A DNA stretch of 64,000 bases from a virus (lineage: Duplodnaviria; Caudoviricetes). This document shows, one piece after another, positions 62,101-64,000 of the stretch. Both the position numbers and the translations under genes were made by a program. Location of the stretch: positions 96,001 through 160,000 of the IMG/VR virus record IMGVR_UViG_3300021399_000102; one strand, written 5' to 3'. The notes below the pieces were generated by a model. It had not been told where the DNA came from. It saw only the letters and a program-made list of their open reading frames with translations, and searched no databases. Position 1 is the stretch's first letter. The number at the start of each line of letters is the position of its first letter.

Positions 62101-64000
62101 TTTCTTTATAGAATCTAATGATATATTCAGGAACTTCTGGCTTGTTCCAATGGGCATAATATGTTACGTTGTCGTTTATTACCTTCCACGATTCGTCAAT
62201 CTTGCTTCCCTGATTTGGTCTATGGTCTGTATACCATCCATCAAATCCAGTAACCATTTCTGGAAGTTCATCCGGAATTGGAAGAAAGCCAATCTCATCT
62301 CCATGATTGTATGTCCTCTTGAAAATCGTGTCTGAACCCCCAAGACCACAATTTGTGGATGCGCAGTTGTATTTTGCAGTATGTTCATTGACATTGAATG
62401 TCACTGTATGCTTGATTGTCTGCCATTGTGCGGTATAGTAGGAATTTCCCTACACAATGTCGTTTCTTACATCAGTGTGGTTCTTTATGCTTCCATCCGG
62501 ACATTTCCATCCAATTAATTCATATCCTGTTCTCTCTGGTTTCACGGGAGGAAATGGATATTCACCAATAGTTTCGCCAATAGTCTTTTCACCCGCCCAG
62601 TTTCCATATGGGTCATGTCCAGCTGGCTTGAACATACCTCCATTTCCCAAGAAGTACACTTTGCACTTGTTGTCCTTCGGCTCACCTGTTATCTCGCGTT
62701 CTGCGTCAGTAAGTTCAGTGCACTCCCAAATATATACCTTCATGTAGGGGGGCAAGTTGTCGTGGGGCAACGTGATTTCATTTTCCTTTTTGCTTGGATA
62801 TTCAAGAGGGCTTATTTGATAGTTCCTGTTTGTGTTCTCGATTTTAACAGAGTTTCTTGTGTCACTGCTTGCCAAGGCTGTATTGACGATTTTCGCGTCG
62901 CCTCCCTTGTTCTTTGCCATCCACTCCTGCTCTCGTGTCGTTATTTGACTTTCGTTTGATGGTAGAGTTTCTGAATGGGAATGGATAGGTATGTTGGATT
63001 CCCTCAATTCCACATATTCCTCGCCAAGCTTCTTACCTGGGATGTCTATAGTAATATCATATTCCTTTACATGTGATTCATCCCATGCTCCTGGACTATG
63101 ATGTTGTATGAATACATAAACAACATTATTATATCTTACCAAGTCCCCAATCTAATATTCGTTTGATGTGTTAAATATGGATATTGTTGAAATGTCCATA
63201 TTGACTCCCCTCAAGAAGTTCTCTATTCTGCGCCAAGATTTTCCACCATAGTTTGCTATGACCTTTTGCTCTGTGTCGTCGGTGTATGATATTATGATTC
63301 GTCCAATGTAGTTCAATGGTGGAACTGACTTGCAAAGTTGTTCAGCAATTTCAATCTTCTCTTCTATGGCATCCAAACGCTTGGAAGCTTGGTTGTACCA
63401 TTGCATGAATTCAGATACTGGCATGAGAAGACCATCAAGAAGCTTCATCAACAATTCATTCATCGAGCCATCTTTGGTGGAAAGTTCCTTGTTGGTCTTG
63501 TCTGAGAATATGTCAAGGAGCATTTGCAGTCCCTGACGCCACAGTTGGATTTGTTGCTTTCCATCATAGGCTATTCTCAATATGCAGTCATGTGGAGTAA
63601 GATTCTCTTCAATGTAGTCCGGAAGCTCGCACACCATTGCTGAATCGTATCTGGATTCTGCTGCGCTATTTTGCCTTTTTCCGTCTTCGGCTTGTCCATC
63701 TCGGATTTCGGCGATTCGCTTGACGATTTCTTCGTATGTTTCAGTAGATTCAGTAAATCCTCTTATGGTTGGTTGATTTGCATCCCAATATCTGACGTAT
63801 ATGTTCAAGGAAGGTGGGACATTGTTGTGTTCTTTCTTTGGATTTCTCCAATCCAATATGTTCTGTCCCCAAAGTGGATATGTCAATGCTTCATTTGTGG
63901 CGTGTTCCAAAGGGGTTGCCTTGCCTCCAATAGATGGTCCGTATTTTGTACCCTATGCCACCAACTCCTTGCTTCCAATCGTGAAGTCTCCAATCAATTG
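59168..64000 (-). CDS. Giant virion protein (>1610 aa, start beyond window): gp10-C/collar-like domain plus many InlB-B (Listeria/Bacteroides) repeats; 11 in-frame TAG
   Basis: Single frame to the window end, only TAG interruptions; repeats VTFNxNGG...PTRxGYxFxGWY...TLYAxW. Confidence 0.8.

Overview
This window is part of a large T4-like (myovirus-type) phage genome, mostly coded on the minus strand. It carries replication genes (type II topoisomerase gp39/60 and gp52, clamp loader gp44, gp41/DnaB helicase), a sigma-70 factor, a DNA-modification toolkit (GREB1/TAGT-like glycosyltransferase, P-loop kinase, ABC-ATPase/GNAT, three DNA methyltransferases) and virion genes. The ORF track fragments the virion genes because the phage appears to read TAG as Gln (genetic code 15). 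By manual count about 39 in-frame TAGs join fragments into coherent proteins, and four of them align with Gln in internal repeats. The TAGs are almost confined to late or structural genes, most of which follow a GTAAATA motif. A 79-nt tRNA with a CUA anticodon, tRNA-Gln-like acceptor features and a very non-canonical elbow (D-loop ACC, T-loop GGT, C33) lies at 18646-18724(-). Other notable items: a likely programmed -1 frameshift (G_GGA_AAA plus hairpin) fusing the ABC-ATPase to the GNAT, a tandem array of 13 diverged paralogous small genes, a PEP-CTERM gene, and a SprT-like gene flanked by a duplicated topoisomerase 3' end. All calls come from manual reading and motif recognition; no searches were run.
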